Positions 24,840 through 34,576 of a stretch of 64,000 bases of DNA are shown here, in pieces (the first letter of the stretch is position 1; each line of letters opens with the position of its first letter). The position numbers were made by a program, and so were the translations under genes. The notes beneath the pieces are model-generated. The model had not been told where the DNA came from. It made no database searches and saw only the letters and a program-made list of their open reading frames with translations. The DNA lies in IMG/VR virus record IMGVR_UViG_3300019124_000103, positions 1 to 64,000 of that record. One strand, written 5' to 3'. The DNA is from a virus.

Positions 24840-27016
24840 TGCAGCAGTACCGCAACAGCGTCCGTACGCTGTACGGGCGAGCCGTGCCCGGCGCGAGCAT
24901 CACGGTGCGGCGGTCAGATGGGTCGCTAGCGACGATCTACAACGACAACGGCATCACGCCTCGCGGTAACCCCTTCGCTGCTGGTCAGGACGGGGAATAC
25001 AGCTTCTACGCTGAGAACGGGCGCTATTCCATCACCGTAGTGGCGGCTGGTTATGCCACCGAGACGATTGCCGACGTTCTTCTGCACGACCCCAAAGACG
25101 TTCACGTCTTCGTCGAGGACTTCGGGGCCAAGGGTGACAACGTCACCGACTCGACAACGGCGATTCGCAACGCTTATGCGGCCTTGGTCGCCAAGGGTGG
25201 CGGGACGCTGCATTTCGGGATGGGGCGGTTTATCGTCACCGGTGAACTGAACTTCTATCGCGCCTCGTCCACGAAGATTCCGCTTGTGATCAAGGGGTCC
25301 GACCAACTGACCACGACCATTGTGGCGGGGTTCTATGGTGCGGGCTCGGCGGTGTTCAAGTTCCAGAACGGCACCACGACCCGATGCGCAGCCACCTCGG
25401 TCATGGATCTGGGGTTCGCGTGTCAATCGACCTCGGGCGGCATCAACCCAGTGTTTATCGATGGGTTCCTGGGTGAATCGAACCTCGACCGGGTGAAGTG
25501 CGGTTCATCGAACAACACTCACGTTCGCCTCTGGTCCACTCAAAACCTCCGCTCCACAGGGCTAAAGAGCTTCTACGGCGGTCGTCACTTCAACTACAAG
25601 TCAACCGCTGGTCTCCTGTTCGACGTGGAGACGACGGGCAAGACCATCACCTGCACGAACGGAACGCCGTTCAGCGCTTCGGACGTGGGGAAGTACTTCT
25701 TCATCTTCCCGAGCGATCCGACCCGGCGAATCCGCTACACGATCAGCTCGTATGTCAGCCCGACGCAGGTTGTCTACTCCAACGCAACGGGCCTGACGCA
25801 AACCGGCGCCTTCGGTCATTTCGAGCCTGCACGTGCGGCGATGACCAGCGGGTCGAACGTCCTGACGGCTAATAGCAATTGCTTCACCAGCGACATGGTG
25901 GGGCTGGTGGTCTACGTTCGGCGGGCTCGGGCCGGGTCGTTCGGTGATGGGCTGTTGCGTGGGCAGATCACGTCGTACCTGGCGCCCAACCAAGTAACGC
26001 TGGATCAGAGCTGCAGCAACACGATCACCGACGAGTTTTTCGCGGTGGCGACGCTCGACATGGGCCAGGTGCCCGGGACAGCAGCATCGTCGGACGTGAA
26101 GATCGACAAGTTGCACATCGAGCATTACGACGGTGTGGCGCTGATCTGCCAGAACACCAACAGCTACAACATCGCGGGGAAGCTGCACGGCGAAACCCGG
26201 TCCAGCGACCACGCGAAGTCGATGTCGGCGATGTGGCTGGACGACGTAGGCGGCGATTTCGAGATCGACCTCGATTCATCCTGCACGATGGCCGATAGCC
26301 GGATCTACGCGTCGAACTTCAACGACTGCGTTCGGCTCCACAACGTCGATACCCGCGGCGTGATCCACGGCGAGGTGATCCGCACCGAGCGCTTCACCGA
26401 TCCGGGCGGATATCTGGTGGTCGAGAACGTCAACAGCACGATCGATTTCCCGTCGCCTGAATCGATGTTCATCGACGGAAACGCGGTGGTCGATCCCACC
26501 GACCCCCGTCTGGTGATGACCGGCTTCTGGAACATGCTCGGCGACTCCCAAAAGGGGCGCGTGTATGTGGGCCGAAGCTATTTCATGCCGGATGGGACGT
26601 TCGTTCCTGCCCAGCGATTGGGGGACTCGGCTTTCACCGGCACGATTGCGTGGGACGGGACAGCGCCGAGTAATCCCACTTCTCTGCGGTACCGCTGGGA
26701 GCGTGTCGGGTCGTTGGTCCGTGCGGATTTCCGCCTGGAGTACGGCACGCCAGGGGCGACCAACACGGTCGTGACGCTGACGCTTCCCACGAGCATGCCG
26801 GCGCCGGTGTTCATGTCGGGGACGGGAACAAATGAGCTGGTCGCCGTGCCGATCACGGGCCACATCGCCACCGCTCCTTCGGGTGCGGTGCCGGCGTTGG
26901 TGAAGGCCTATGTGGTTCGGAGCGGGTCAGACACCCAGCTGAAGGTGACGCTCAACAGCGGCAGCGTCAGTGCCGGTTATGCGGCTTTCTCTGTCACGTA
27001 TTGGGCGGCAGCATGA
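24839..27016 (+). CDS. Tailspike/fibre 1 (anchor domain + beta-helix)
   Basis: GASITV...LATIY...NPF..G.Y.FYA.NGRY anchor; VEDFGAKGDNVTDSTTAI pectate-lyase-3-like start. Confidence 0.85.
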   Translation: MQQYRNSVRTLYGRAVPGASITVRRSDGSLATIYNDNGITPRGNPFAAGQDGEYSFYAENGRYSITVVAAGYATETIADVLLHDPKDVHVFVEDFGAKGDNVTDSTTAIRNAYAALVAKGGGTLHFGMGRFIVTGELNFYRASSTKIPLVIKGSDQLTTTIVAGFYGAGSAVFKFQNGTTTRCAATSVMDLGFACQSTSGGINPVFIDGFLGESNLDRVKCGSSNNTHVRLWSTQNLRSTGLKSFYGGRHFNYKSTAGLLFDVETTGKTITCTNGTPFSASDVGKYFFIFPSDPTRRIRYTISSYVSPTQVVYSNATGLTQTGAFGHFEPARAAMTSGSNVLTANSNCFTSDMVGLVVYVRRARAGSFGDGLLRGQITSYLAPNQVTLDQSCSNTITDEFFAVATLDMGQVPGTAASSDVKIDKLHIEHYDGVALICQNTNSYNIAGKLHGETRSSDHAKSMSAMWLDDVGGDFEIDLDSSCTMADSRIYASNFNDCVRLHNVDTRGVIHGEVIRTERFTDPGGYLVVENVNSTIDFPSPESMFIDGNAVVDPTDPRLVMTGFWNMLGDSQKGRVYVGRSYFMPDGTFVPAQRLGDSAFTGTIAWDGTAPSNPTSLRYRWERVGSLVRADFRLEYGTPGATNTVVTLTLPTSMPAPVFMSGTGTNELVAVPITGHIATAPSGAVPALVKAYVVRSGSDTQLKVTLNSGSVSAGYAAFSVTYWAAA

Positions 27017-27690
27017 CGGTCCTACTGAGTTCCGCGGATGTCCCGCCGCGAATCACCAGCTTCTCGGGGCTGCTGGAGGCGCTGACCCGCCTGATCGACG
27101 GTGAAGACACGTCGGTCTCCGATGTGTCGGTCAACACGCTCAAGCAGATCGTCAACATGGGCGAACGCCGGATCTACCGGGAAGTTCGCTCACGCCACAA
27201 CGAAAAAGCGTTCTCCGGCATCACGGTCGTGGACAACGAAGCCCCGATTCCCCCGGATTGGGAGGCTGCATCCATCGTGCATTTCGGGGGTAAGGCGCTC
27301 GCCCCGGTCGCTGAAGAGTGGCTTCGGGAGTACCTGGAGCGCGGGGCGACGGGGCCTGCCGTTTACTTCGCTGAAGCGGGGTCCAGCCTGATCTTTGCGC
27401 CCTCGGTCAGTGACGACACCGAGGTGAAGGGGCGCTATTACTGCCGGCTCCCCGACCTGACGACGGAGAACTTCTCCAGCAATCAGCTCTTTGCCGCGGA
27501 AAGCGACCTCTTCATCTACGCAGCCCTTGCGGAGAGCGGCCCGTACTTCGGCGCCGATCACATGCAGAAGATTCCCTTCTGGGAGCAGAAGTACCAGGCG
27601 GTCCGGGACCGCATCAACACGAACAAACAGCGCGCCGCGTACTCCGCTGGTCGGATGCAAGTGCGCCCGTCTACCAACTTGATGGGGTAA
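27013..27690 (+). CDS. Head-tail adaptor protein
   Basis: ERRIYREVR...DLFIYAAL.E..PY pattern; position before tail hub. Confidence 0.7.
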   Translation: MTVLLSSADVPPRITSFSGLLEALTRLIDGEDTSVSDVSVNTLKQIVNMGERRIYREVRSRHNEKAFSGITVVDNEAPIPPDWEAASIVHFGGKALAPVAEEWLREYLERGATGPAVYFAEAGSSLIFAPSVSDDTEVKGRYYCRLPDLTTENFSSNQLFAAESDLFIYAALAESGPYFGADHMQKIPFWEQKYQAVRDRINTNKQRAAYSAGRMQVRPSTNLMG

Positions 27691-27693
27691 TCA

Positions 27694-28233
27694 ATGCCAA
27701 CCGTAGCAGCAGGAAGCACGGCAAGCCATACGTTTACAGCGCCGGCCACCGTGGTGATCACGTTTGACCCTAACGAAGAGGCGGTGGTGGCGGTATCTCG
27801 TGGGGGGCGCCCTCTGTTCGGTCAGCGGATGGCAACAAGTCGATCAGTCGGGCCGTTCCAGACGGGCGACGTGTTGACCTTGACGGCTTCGCGCGGCGCT
27901 GTGGATTACGAAGTGTTTCCGTATGTGGCGCCGGCGGCCGGTACGGTTGTTTCGGCGCCGCGGACCATCACCGGCGCCGGCCCCGCGGGCGAGGTGATCA
28001 ATGTGGCGTCTGTGAGCGGGGTCATGACCCTATCACGAGGGGCTGTAGATAACACCGTCACTCAAGCGCAGCTGGAGGTGGTGGACGCTGCAACGTCCGT
28101 GCCCTTCGGCTTTCTGGGCTATCCGGGGCCGTCCGTTCGTCGCTTTCAAAAGCCGGCAGGCGTGGTTTCGGCCCGCATCAACGTTACGTCGTTCTCTGGT
28201 ACGGGTTCGATGCTGGTGAATCTGGAGGGTTGA
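27694..28233 (+). CDS. Beta-rich virion protein
   Basis: Thr/Val/Ala-rich, within tail operon. Confidence 0.6.
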   Translation: MPTVAAGSTASHTFTAPATVVITFDPNEEAVVAVSRGGRPLFGQRMATSRSVGPFQTGDVLTLTASRGAVDYEVFPYVAPAAGTVVSAPRTITGAGPAGEVINVASVSGVMTLSRGAVDNTVTQAQLEVVDAATSVPFGFLGYPGPSVRRFQKPAGVVSARINVTSFSGTGSMLVNLEG

Positions 28234-28234
28234 C

Positions 28235-30055
28235 ATGCCATTCAAGGACTACTACATCGGCCCGACCGGCTCAAACAGCAACAACGGGCAGAGCTATGCG
28301 AACCGGGTGCAGACCTGGCCGAAGATGAACCAATTGATCGCTTCGGAGAACCCTCCTGGCATCAACGACACGGTGCGCATCTTCGTGGATGCGTTCGATT
28401 TCTCGTCTAACGGCGCGTTCGGCTACTTCGGCAACTTCACGAACAACAACGTTGCGGCCAACGCGACGATCAGTGTGCAGTGCGCCAACGGCATCCTGAT
28501 TACCGCATACGACCCCACCGCGAACTGGCATTTCAGCGATATCCGCACGCTGACAAACACGGCCGACTTCACGGACCTGGGCGGCGGAATCTGGCGCACG
28601 AGCACCACGTTCGTGACCGCGGGCCTGTCGAACAAAGCAGTGCGCGTGTGGCGGTGCGCGACTTCGTTGACCGACAAGCGGTTGGCTGTGCTCGACCCGG
28701 ACAACGAGTTGTTCGAGGCGGCCAGCTACGCCACGCTGGGCGACAACGAATCGCACGCCTGGACGCAGGTAGACAGCGGCAACACCTGGGGCACGAGCGA
28801 CACGACGCCCACGTCGTTTGCTGCCATGCGCACGCTGTACCTCTACAGCCCGAAGGGGAACCCGGCGACGGTGTGGGGCGGCATCGCTGTGTTGACGCAA
28901 GAGGGCTTCCACAACTTCATGCGCATTCAGGGCCTGGACAACTGGACGCTGGACGACAGCATCAAGTGCTTGGGTGGCGGGCAGTACGCCTTCCGCTTGA
29001 ACGGCGGCAGCAACTGGCGGTTCGAGCCGCAGATTCTGGCGACCTCGCCATACCGGCCTGCAGTCGCGGTCAACGAGGGTCCGCTCAACACGACCGCCGA
29101 ACTGCAGAACTGCACGCTGGCGCCCCGCATCGATGCCCTGATCAAGGATCGGCCGTTCTACCCGTTCGAGAGCGGGCACCACAACGGCGGGTTCAACGAC
29201 CTCGTGCAGTTCGGCACCAACGCATGCGTGCGCAACATCCGCTTCGCGGCCAAGAGCACCTCCGGCTTGCAATCCCACATCCGTGGCGCCAACCACTCGG
29301 CGATTGCCCGCGGCGTCGGCGGCTCGGGGTATATCCACGGGCTGACCATCGAACCTGAGTTCCTGTTCGACGGCTCGGGGCAGCAGTATTCCCGCGCGTT
29401 CGCGTTCAACGGCACGGGTACCAGCCTGACCGGCCTGGATATCGGCGGCCGGGTCTACAACATGCGCGCGCCCGACCAAATCCATGGCTCCGGGTTCGTG
29501 CGCAACTACAAGTCGTTCAACCGCCTGCCGATGATCCCGGCCGCCCGCAATGCGGCCAACAACAGCGGCTTGGTGACGAGCTACACCAGCCGCTTCGGCG
29601 GACAGACGCGCAACTACGGCAACGCGCTCGCGGACGGCAAGTGGTGGGACGCCCAGTGCCTGGCGATCTACAACAGCGGCGCGAACGTGCGGTTTGGGCA
29701 CTTGTCCGTGGTCGATTGCGAGTTCGACGCCCCGATGGGGCCGGCTGTCGCGGTCACGACGGACGCGACCCCTGCGGCCAGCCAATCGGTGACGGTGGCG
29801 AACTGCCTATTCCGCCGTGGATCGTCGCCGGGCGAGGTGGGCGTGGCGGTGCAGATCGACACGCGCAACAGCTGCGCGAACGCGGTACGGTTGATCAACA
29901 ACACCGAGATCGGCGGCATGCAGAACGCGACGTTCAACGGCGCCGACCGTGTGAAGGTGTCGGTAGACGGTCTGGTCTGCGCAGTTAATACCGGCTGGAA
30001 GTCCTACGCCACCGATGCGGAGTACCGCGCCGCGCTTAGCGCACAGATTTCCTAG
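28235..30055 (+). CDS. Beta-helix tail/depolymerase-like protein 2
   Basis: DYYIGPTGSNSNNGQS start typical of right-handed beta-helix proteins; Asn/Gly-rich. Confidence 0.65.
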   Translation: MPFKDYYIGPTGSNSNNGQSYANRVQTWPKMNQLIASENPPGINDTVRIFVDAFDFSSNGAFGYFGNFTNNNVAANATISVQCANGILITAYDPTANWHFSDIRTLTNTADFTDLGGGIWRTSTTFVTAGLSNKAVRVWRCATSLTDKRLAVLDPDNELFEAASYATLGDNESHAWTQVDSGNTWGTSDTTPTSFAAMRTLYLYSPKGNPATVWGGIAVLTQEGFHNFMRIQGLDNWTLDDSIKCLGGGQYAFRLNGGSNWRFEPQILATSPYRPAVAVNEGPLNTTAELQNCTLAPRIDALIKDRPFYPFESGHHNGGFNDLVQFGTNACVRNIRFAAKSTSGLQSHIRGANHSAIARGVGGSGYIHGLTIEPEFLFDGSGQQYSRAFAFNGTGTSLTGLDIGGRVYNMRAPDQIHGSGFVRNYKSFNRLPMIPAARNAANNSGLVTSYTSRFGGQTRNYGNALADGKWWDAQCLAIYNSGANVRFGHLSVVDCEFDAPMGPAVAVTTDATPAASQSVTVANCLFRRGSSPGEVGVAVQIDTRNSCANAVRLINNTEIGGMQNATFNGADRVKVSVDGLVCAVNTGWKSYATDAEYRAALSAQIS

Positions 30056-30626
30056 ACTGAAGGAAGCCCAACGCCCCAAGCCCGAGCGCCATCAGGAGGT
30101 AGGTGGACGGCTCTGGCACTTCGGTTACTCGGAAGGTGTATGTCTCGCCGTGCAGGAGACGGTCAAAACGCACCGTGAAGGTATGCCCCCCGTTTCGCAG
30201 TGGAGCACCCCAGACCCCGGGGGTGCGCCAGTTCCCATCTTTGACAACTCCGGCCTGGAAGCTGTCTAGGGCCATCTCCAAGTAGCCGATTGCTGGCGGC
30301 GTGAACTTGAAGACGAACGAGAGGATCGGCCGGCCGCCGCCCCAGACGTTGCCGCGCTGGTCTTCTCGGGTTGTCTCCGTCCAGCTGATGCTGACCTTGT
30401 CGTCAAAGGCGTCGATTTTGAAGCCCCAGATCTGGGGCGCCCCGATGGCCGCGGTCCCGCCGAACTCCACGCCAGAGCCGACGACGGCGGGTGCGCCACA
30501 GCAGTCCGCCCAAGTCACCCCCGGGCTCCATTCCAGGGGCAGTGTGACGGACATTTCTTGCCCGTCCAGGGTGTAAGCCTGCGCAGCAGGAAGCAAGGCC
30601 AACAGGGCCAGCGGTAGCAGTTTCAT
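30036..30626 (-). CDS. PEP-CTERM sorting-domain protein (moron)
   Basis: Signal peptide MKLLPLALLALLPAAQA; C-terminal VPEPSTYLLMALGLGALGFLQSRK; GGAGG RBS. Confidence 0.93.
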   Translation of the reverse strand: MKLLPLALLALLPAAQAYTLDGQEMSVTLPLEWSPGVTWADCCGAPAVVGSGVEFGGTAAIGAPQIWGFKIDAFDDKVSISWTETTREDQRGNVWGGGRPILSFVFKFTPPAIGYLEMALDSFQAGVVKDGNWRTPGVWGAPLRNGGHTFTVRFDRLLHGETYTFRVTEVPEPSTYLLMALGLGALGFLQSRKSVR

Positions 30627-30715
30627 GGGTTGTCCTCCGTGAGTGCGGAGGTTAGCCATCAACCGGTGTGCCATCCCCCCAAGTGTTAGGGATTGGCCCC
30701 CTATCTAGGTGCATC

Positions 30716-32101
30716 GTGATCCCCTTCGTCGGCCCCTCTTATGCGCTGGATTTCCGCAAAGCGGACGTTCAGCGCTCGGTGAACTGGTACCCGGCCCTCA
30801 TTGAGTCGGGTACTGGTAAGTCGCTGGCGATGCTGGCCGAGGTGCCGGGCCTTCAGGTGTTCGCCACTCTGGGGGCACCCGTTCGGGGGGCTTGGGAGGT
30901 CGCTGGGCGGCTCTTTGCAGTGGCTGGTTCGGCCCTCTACGAGGTGAGTTCGGCGGGTGTTCCCACTTTCAGGGGGGCTCTGAACACCTCCTCGGGGGTG
31001 GTGGAGGCCGATCACGGGTTGTTTCAGTTGGTGCTGGTGGATGGACCCTGTGGTTATGTCCTGAACCTCCAGACCAACGCCTTCCAGCAGATCACCAGCC
31101 CCGCTTTCTACGGCTCAAAGAGCGTGGCCTTCCTCGACGGCGTCTTTTATTTCGTCCGCCCAGATACCCAGCAGTTCTATTGGTCGGCGATTGACGATGC
31201 GACGGACCTCAGTGGGCTGGATTTCGCTTCGGCGGAACGATCTCCAGACAACATCGTTCGCCTGATCGTCAGCTTCGGGGAAGCGCTGATTCTGGGCGAG
31301 AAGTCTGGGGAGGTCTGGTCCCCGAGAGGTGATCCTGAGTCCCCTCTGGAGCGCAACAACGGGGCATTGATCGAGGTGGGGTGTGCGGCGCCTGCCTCTG
31401 TCAGAAAGCTCGACAACACCGTGATCTGGGTCGGCAACGACGCGAACGGCTCGGGTGTCGTGTGGATGCTGGAAGGCTACAAGCCGGTGCCGATCTCTGA
31501 CCGTCCTAGGGAAGAACTGCTTGCCAAGAGCACGGACCTTTCGGGGGCGGTTGCCTATACCGAGCAGTACGAAGGCCATCGGTTCTATTGCCTGCGCGTT
31601 CCTGGGCTCGATACGACGCACGTTTTCGACCTCAAGACCCGGCAATGGCACGAGCGGGCGGAATTGGTCAATGGCGAGTACACCCAGCACCGGGCCACCT
31701 GCCATGCCTACGCCTTTGGCAAGCACATCGTCGGGGCGGATGACGGGAAGCTCTACGTCTACGTGAAGACCGGCAACAACGCGGGGGACGTGAAGGTCAG
31801 GGACCGGATCAGCCCTCACATGGCTGTGCCGAGCCTCGAATTCCTGCCGTTCAACACGTTTGAGCTTGACGCTCAAGTCGGCGAGGGCAAGCCGGACGGC
31901 ACTGAAGCGAAGGTTTTGCTTCGCTACTCCAACAACGGCGGGGCCACGTGGTCCGCCTGGCGGGAGGCGTCACTGGGGTCGGTGGGTCAACTCGAAAAGC
32001 GGGTGATCTGGCGGCGATTGGGTCGAGCCAAAGACCGCGTGTGGCACGTCCGGGTGACTGACGACGCGCCCTGTTCTCTGATTCAAGCGAAGGTGTCCTG
32101 A
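30716..32101 (+). CDS. Tail hub / packaged DNA stabilization protein (P22 gp10-like)
   Basis: QRSVNWYP, FASAERSPD, WHER, WRRLGRA.DRV beta-propeller pattern. Confidence 0.85.
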   Translation: MIPFVGPSYALDFRKADVQRSVNWYPALIESGTGKSLAMLAEVPGLQVFATLGAPVRGAWEVAGRLFAVAGSALYEVSSAGVPTFRGALNTSSGVVEADHGLFQLVLVDGPCGYVLNLQTNAFQQITSPAFYGSKSVAFLDGVFYFVRPDTQQFYWSAIDDATDLSGLDFASAERSPDNIVRLIVSFGEALILGEKSGEVWSPRGDPESPLERNNGALIEVGCAAPASVRKLDNTVIWVGNDANGSGVVWMLEGYKPVPISDRPREELLAKSTDLSGAVAYTEQYEGHRFYCLRVPGLDTTHVFDLKTRQWHERAELVNGEYTQHRATCHAYAFGKHIVGADDGKLYVYVKTGNNAGDVKVRDRISPHMAVPSLEFLPFNTFELDAQVGEGKPDGTEAKVLLRYSNNGGATWSAWREASLGSVGQLEKRVIWRRLGRAKDRVWHVRVTDDAPCSLIQAKVS

Positions 32102-32682
32102 TGTCCGTTACCACGGCCGCGAAAAACACGATGCTCGACGCGCTGACGGTGACGCATGCGTCATTGCACAGCGGCTTCCCCGGGCTGACGGGCGCGAACG
32201 AGATCTCGGGGGGTGCCCCGGCCTACGCACGCAAGGCGGTGACGTTCGGCGCCGCTTCAGGCGGGACACGAACCACCAGCGGTTCGGTCAACTTCGACGT
32301 TCCGGCCTCCACGGTCCGTTGGGTGGGGCTGTGGAATGGGGCCACCTTCATCGGGTATGCCCCGAATGGTGGAAGCCCTAAAGAGTTCGTTGTTGATCCT
32401 TCGACGGACGTGATTCGCTGCGTCTCGCACGGCTACACCGATACGCAAACGGTCGTGTTCTTCAACGGCACAGTTCCCCCCGGCCTGACTGAAGGGGTCG
32501 TTTACTACGTGCGGGACGCGACGACAGATACCTTCAAGGTAGCAGCCACCTCCGGAGGCCCGGCCATCGACTTGACCGGGGCTGGTTCGACGGATTGCCT
32601 CGTGTCGCTGATCGTTGAGAGTGTGTACGCAGCCCAAGGGACGCACACCCTGACCACTGGGACCATCGGTCTACCCCTGTAA
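32101..32682 (+). CDS. Tail protein
   Basis: GANEISGGAPAYARKAVTF, GLTEGVVYYV...TFKVAATSGGPAIDLT. Confidence 0.7.
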   Translation: MSVTTAAKNTMLDALTVTHASLHSGFPGLTGANEISGGAPAYARKAVTFGAASGGTRTTSGSVNFDVPASTVRWVGLWNGATFIGYAPNGGSPKEFVVDPSTDVIRCVSHGYTDTQTVVFFNGTVPPGLTEGVVYYVRDATTDTFKVAATSGGPAIDLTGAGSTDCLVSLIVESVYAAQGTHTLTTGTIGLPL

Positions 32683-33170
32683 TGGCCTCCACGACGTTTG
32701 CTGTCGCCCTCGGGTTCAGGGCGGGCTGCGGCATTTCCGAGAACAGGCAGGCGGCTTTCGCCCTGAGTGCTGGGGTGTTGGTTCAAGCGGACCCGTACAA
32801 CTCCGGGACCAGCTTTTCCCGGAATCGCGGGGACAACAAGGCGTGGCTTCCACCCCCTAGAGAACCTGTCCTCAACGCTGACGGGACGATGCGGCCGAGC
32901 TGGTACCGGTTCTTTGAATACGTCGCCAACCGTCGATTGGGCGGCATCGCCGGCCCCTCAATGAATGAGGTTCAGGCGAATGTCGTCGAAACCAAGGTCC
33001 AGGCTGTGAACGCGGTCGTTGCGGCTGCTTCGGTTGAGCAAGCCCTGACGACCAACGCGGAAGCGCTGAAGGCCACGATTCAAGTCGCCCAAAACGCCGG
33101 CCTCGCTGGTGCCTCGAATATCCCAGAGGTCGTGCTCCGACCTTCCTCCACCTCGTATCTGGAGCCCTGA
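32682..33170 (+). CDS. Tail needle/plug-like protein
   Basis: LPPPREP...WYRFF motif plus helical C-terminus. Confidence 0.5.
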   Translation: MASTTFAVALGFRAGCGISENRQAAFALSAGVLVQADPYNSGTSFSRNRGDNKAWLPPPREPVLNADGTMRPSWYRFFEYVANRRLGGIAGPSMNEVQANVVETKVQAVNAVVAAASVEQALTTNAEALKATIQVAQNAGLAGASNIPEVVLRPSSTSYLEP

Positions 33171-34576
33171 TGGAGAACCTTGTTAACTCGGTCAACCCTG
33201 CTGGGTGGGACACGGGCTTTGATCGCCCGTACTTTGATGGCGGCGGGCTCTCTCAGGAGCAACTGCGGGATCTGTGGACGAAGGCCGGTGAATCGGGCGG
33301 GTTCTTCTCTCGCGGCTCGCAAACGTGGGACGCGGAGGGCCGGCAAGCCCACGATGCGCGCTACCTTGCGGACGGCGACGACAACCGCGAGAACGATTTC
33401 TACGTAGTGCAGAACGACGACGGCACGCTGGGCCGCGTTCACATCGACCGCCACGGCTGGAATGCGCAGTTCGCCTCCTTGGTGGCGATGATGGCCCCGG
33501 CCATCGCTGGTGTTGCGGGTGCCGGTGCTGGGGCTTCTGCTGGCGGGGCTGGCGCTTCCACAGCGGGGACGGATGCTTTCTCTCAATGGCTCGCCACCGG
33601 CGCGACGGACGCCTCGACCATCGGCGGGATGGGCGGCGGCGCAGGCTCTGTGGGCGCCGGATCGGTTGCCGCAAGCATGGCCCCCGGCTACTCGGTCGGG
33701 ATGGTGGATGCCAGCTCCATTGCAAACCCCCTGGCAGGCTCGGCCGAACAGGTTGTTGCCGGGCTCCCGAGCTACAACGCGGGCGGCGTGGCGGCGGCAG
33801 CGGGAGGTGGCGGGGCGGCTGCTGCCGGTGGTGGTGGTGGGGCGGGTGGCGCAAGCGGCCCTTCCGTGACATCCAGCGGCTACACAGGAACGGAGTTCAA
33901 CCCCTCTGGGTACACGGGGGGCACCCCCTCTATGGCTTCGGGTGGAGGGATGGGAGGCGGTGTGTCTACGACGAGTTTCGGCGGTTATGGCGATTGGGTG
34001 CAGCTCGGGTCGAGCCTGCTGAATGGGTACCTTGGCCAACGTGCAGCGGATAAGGCAGCGAACGCGCAGATTGGGGCAACGAAAGACGCCAATGCCTTGA
34101 TCAAACACATGTACGACCAGACGCGGGCCGACAACATGCCCGCGCTTCAGGCTCGTAACGCTGGGTTGGCTGGGTATCAGAACCTGCTCAAGAACCCGTC
34201 CTCTGTCGCTCAAGACCCTGGCTATCAGTTCGGTTTCGACCAAGGAACCAAGGCCATCGGCACCCAAGCCGCTGCACGTGGAAATTACTACTCGGGCAAG
34301 ACCCTCAAAGACCTAACCCGCTTCGGGCAGGACTACGGGCAAAGCAAGTTCGATCAGTCCCTGAACCGTCACGGCAACCTGGCTGGCCTCGGTCAGGTGG
34401 GCTCGGGCCAGATCGGCCAAGCCGGCATGCAGTACGGCCAGCAGGCGGGGCAGAACCTGATCGGTGCTGGTAACGCACGAGGTGCTGCAGCCATCACTGG
34501 GGCGAACTCTTGGCAGAACGCCCTTAACGGGCTCATGTCCTACGGCAACCAAAACAACTGGTGGGGGCGTCCGTAA
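33170..34576 (+). CDS. DNA ejection protein (P22 gp7-like) with Gly-rich extension
   Basis: DPGYQF...AAARG..SG.TLK.L..FGQDY motif. Confidence 0.75.
   Translation: MENLVNSVNPAGWDTGFDRPYFDGGGLSQEQLRDLWTKAGESGGFFSRGSQTWDAEGRQAHDARYLADGDDNRENDFYVVQNDDGTLGRVHIDRHGWNAQFASLVAMMAPAIAGVAGAGAGASAGGAGASTAGTDAFSQWLATGATDASTIGGMGGGAGSVGAGSVAASMAPGYSVGMVDASSIANPLAGSAEQVVAGLPSYNAGGVAAAAGGGGAAAAGGGGGAGGASGPSVTSSGYTGTEFNPSGYTGGTPSMASGGGMGGGVSTTSFGGYGDWVQLGSSLLNGYLGQRAADKAANAQIGATKDANALIKHMYDQTRADNMPALQARNAGLAGYQNLLKNPSSVAQDPGYQFGFDQGTKAIGTQAAARGNYYSGKTLKDLTRFGQDYGQSKFDQSLNRHGNLAGLGQVGSGQIGQAGMQYGQQAGQNLIGAGNARGAAAITGANSWQNALNGLMSYGNQNNWWGRP

Noticed and set aside
28271-29785. Long antisense ORFs (also 67..1182, 13982..15172, 23429..24523, 53186..54343)
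   Set aside because: Shadow frames of GC-rich coding genes with no RBS or motif support
33510-33990. Gly/Ala-rich low-complexity stretch
   Set aside because: In-frame part of an ejection protein, a class that commonly has such regions
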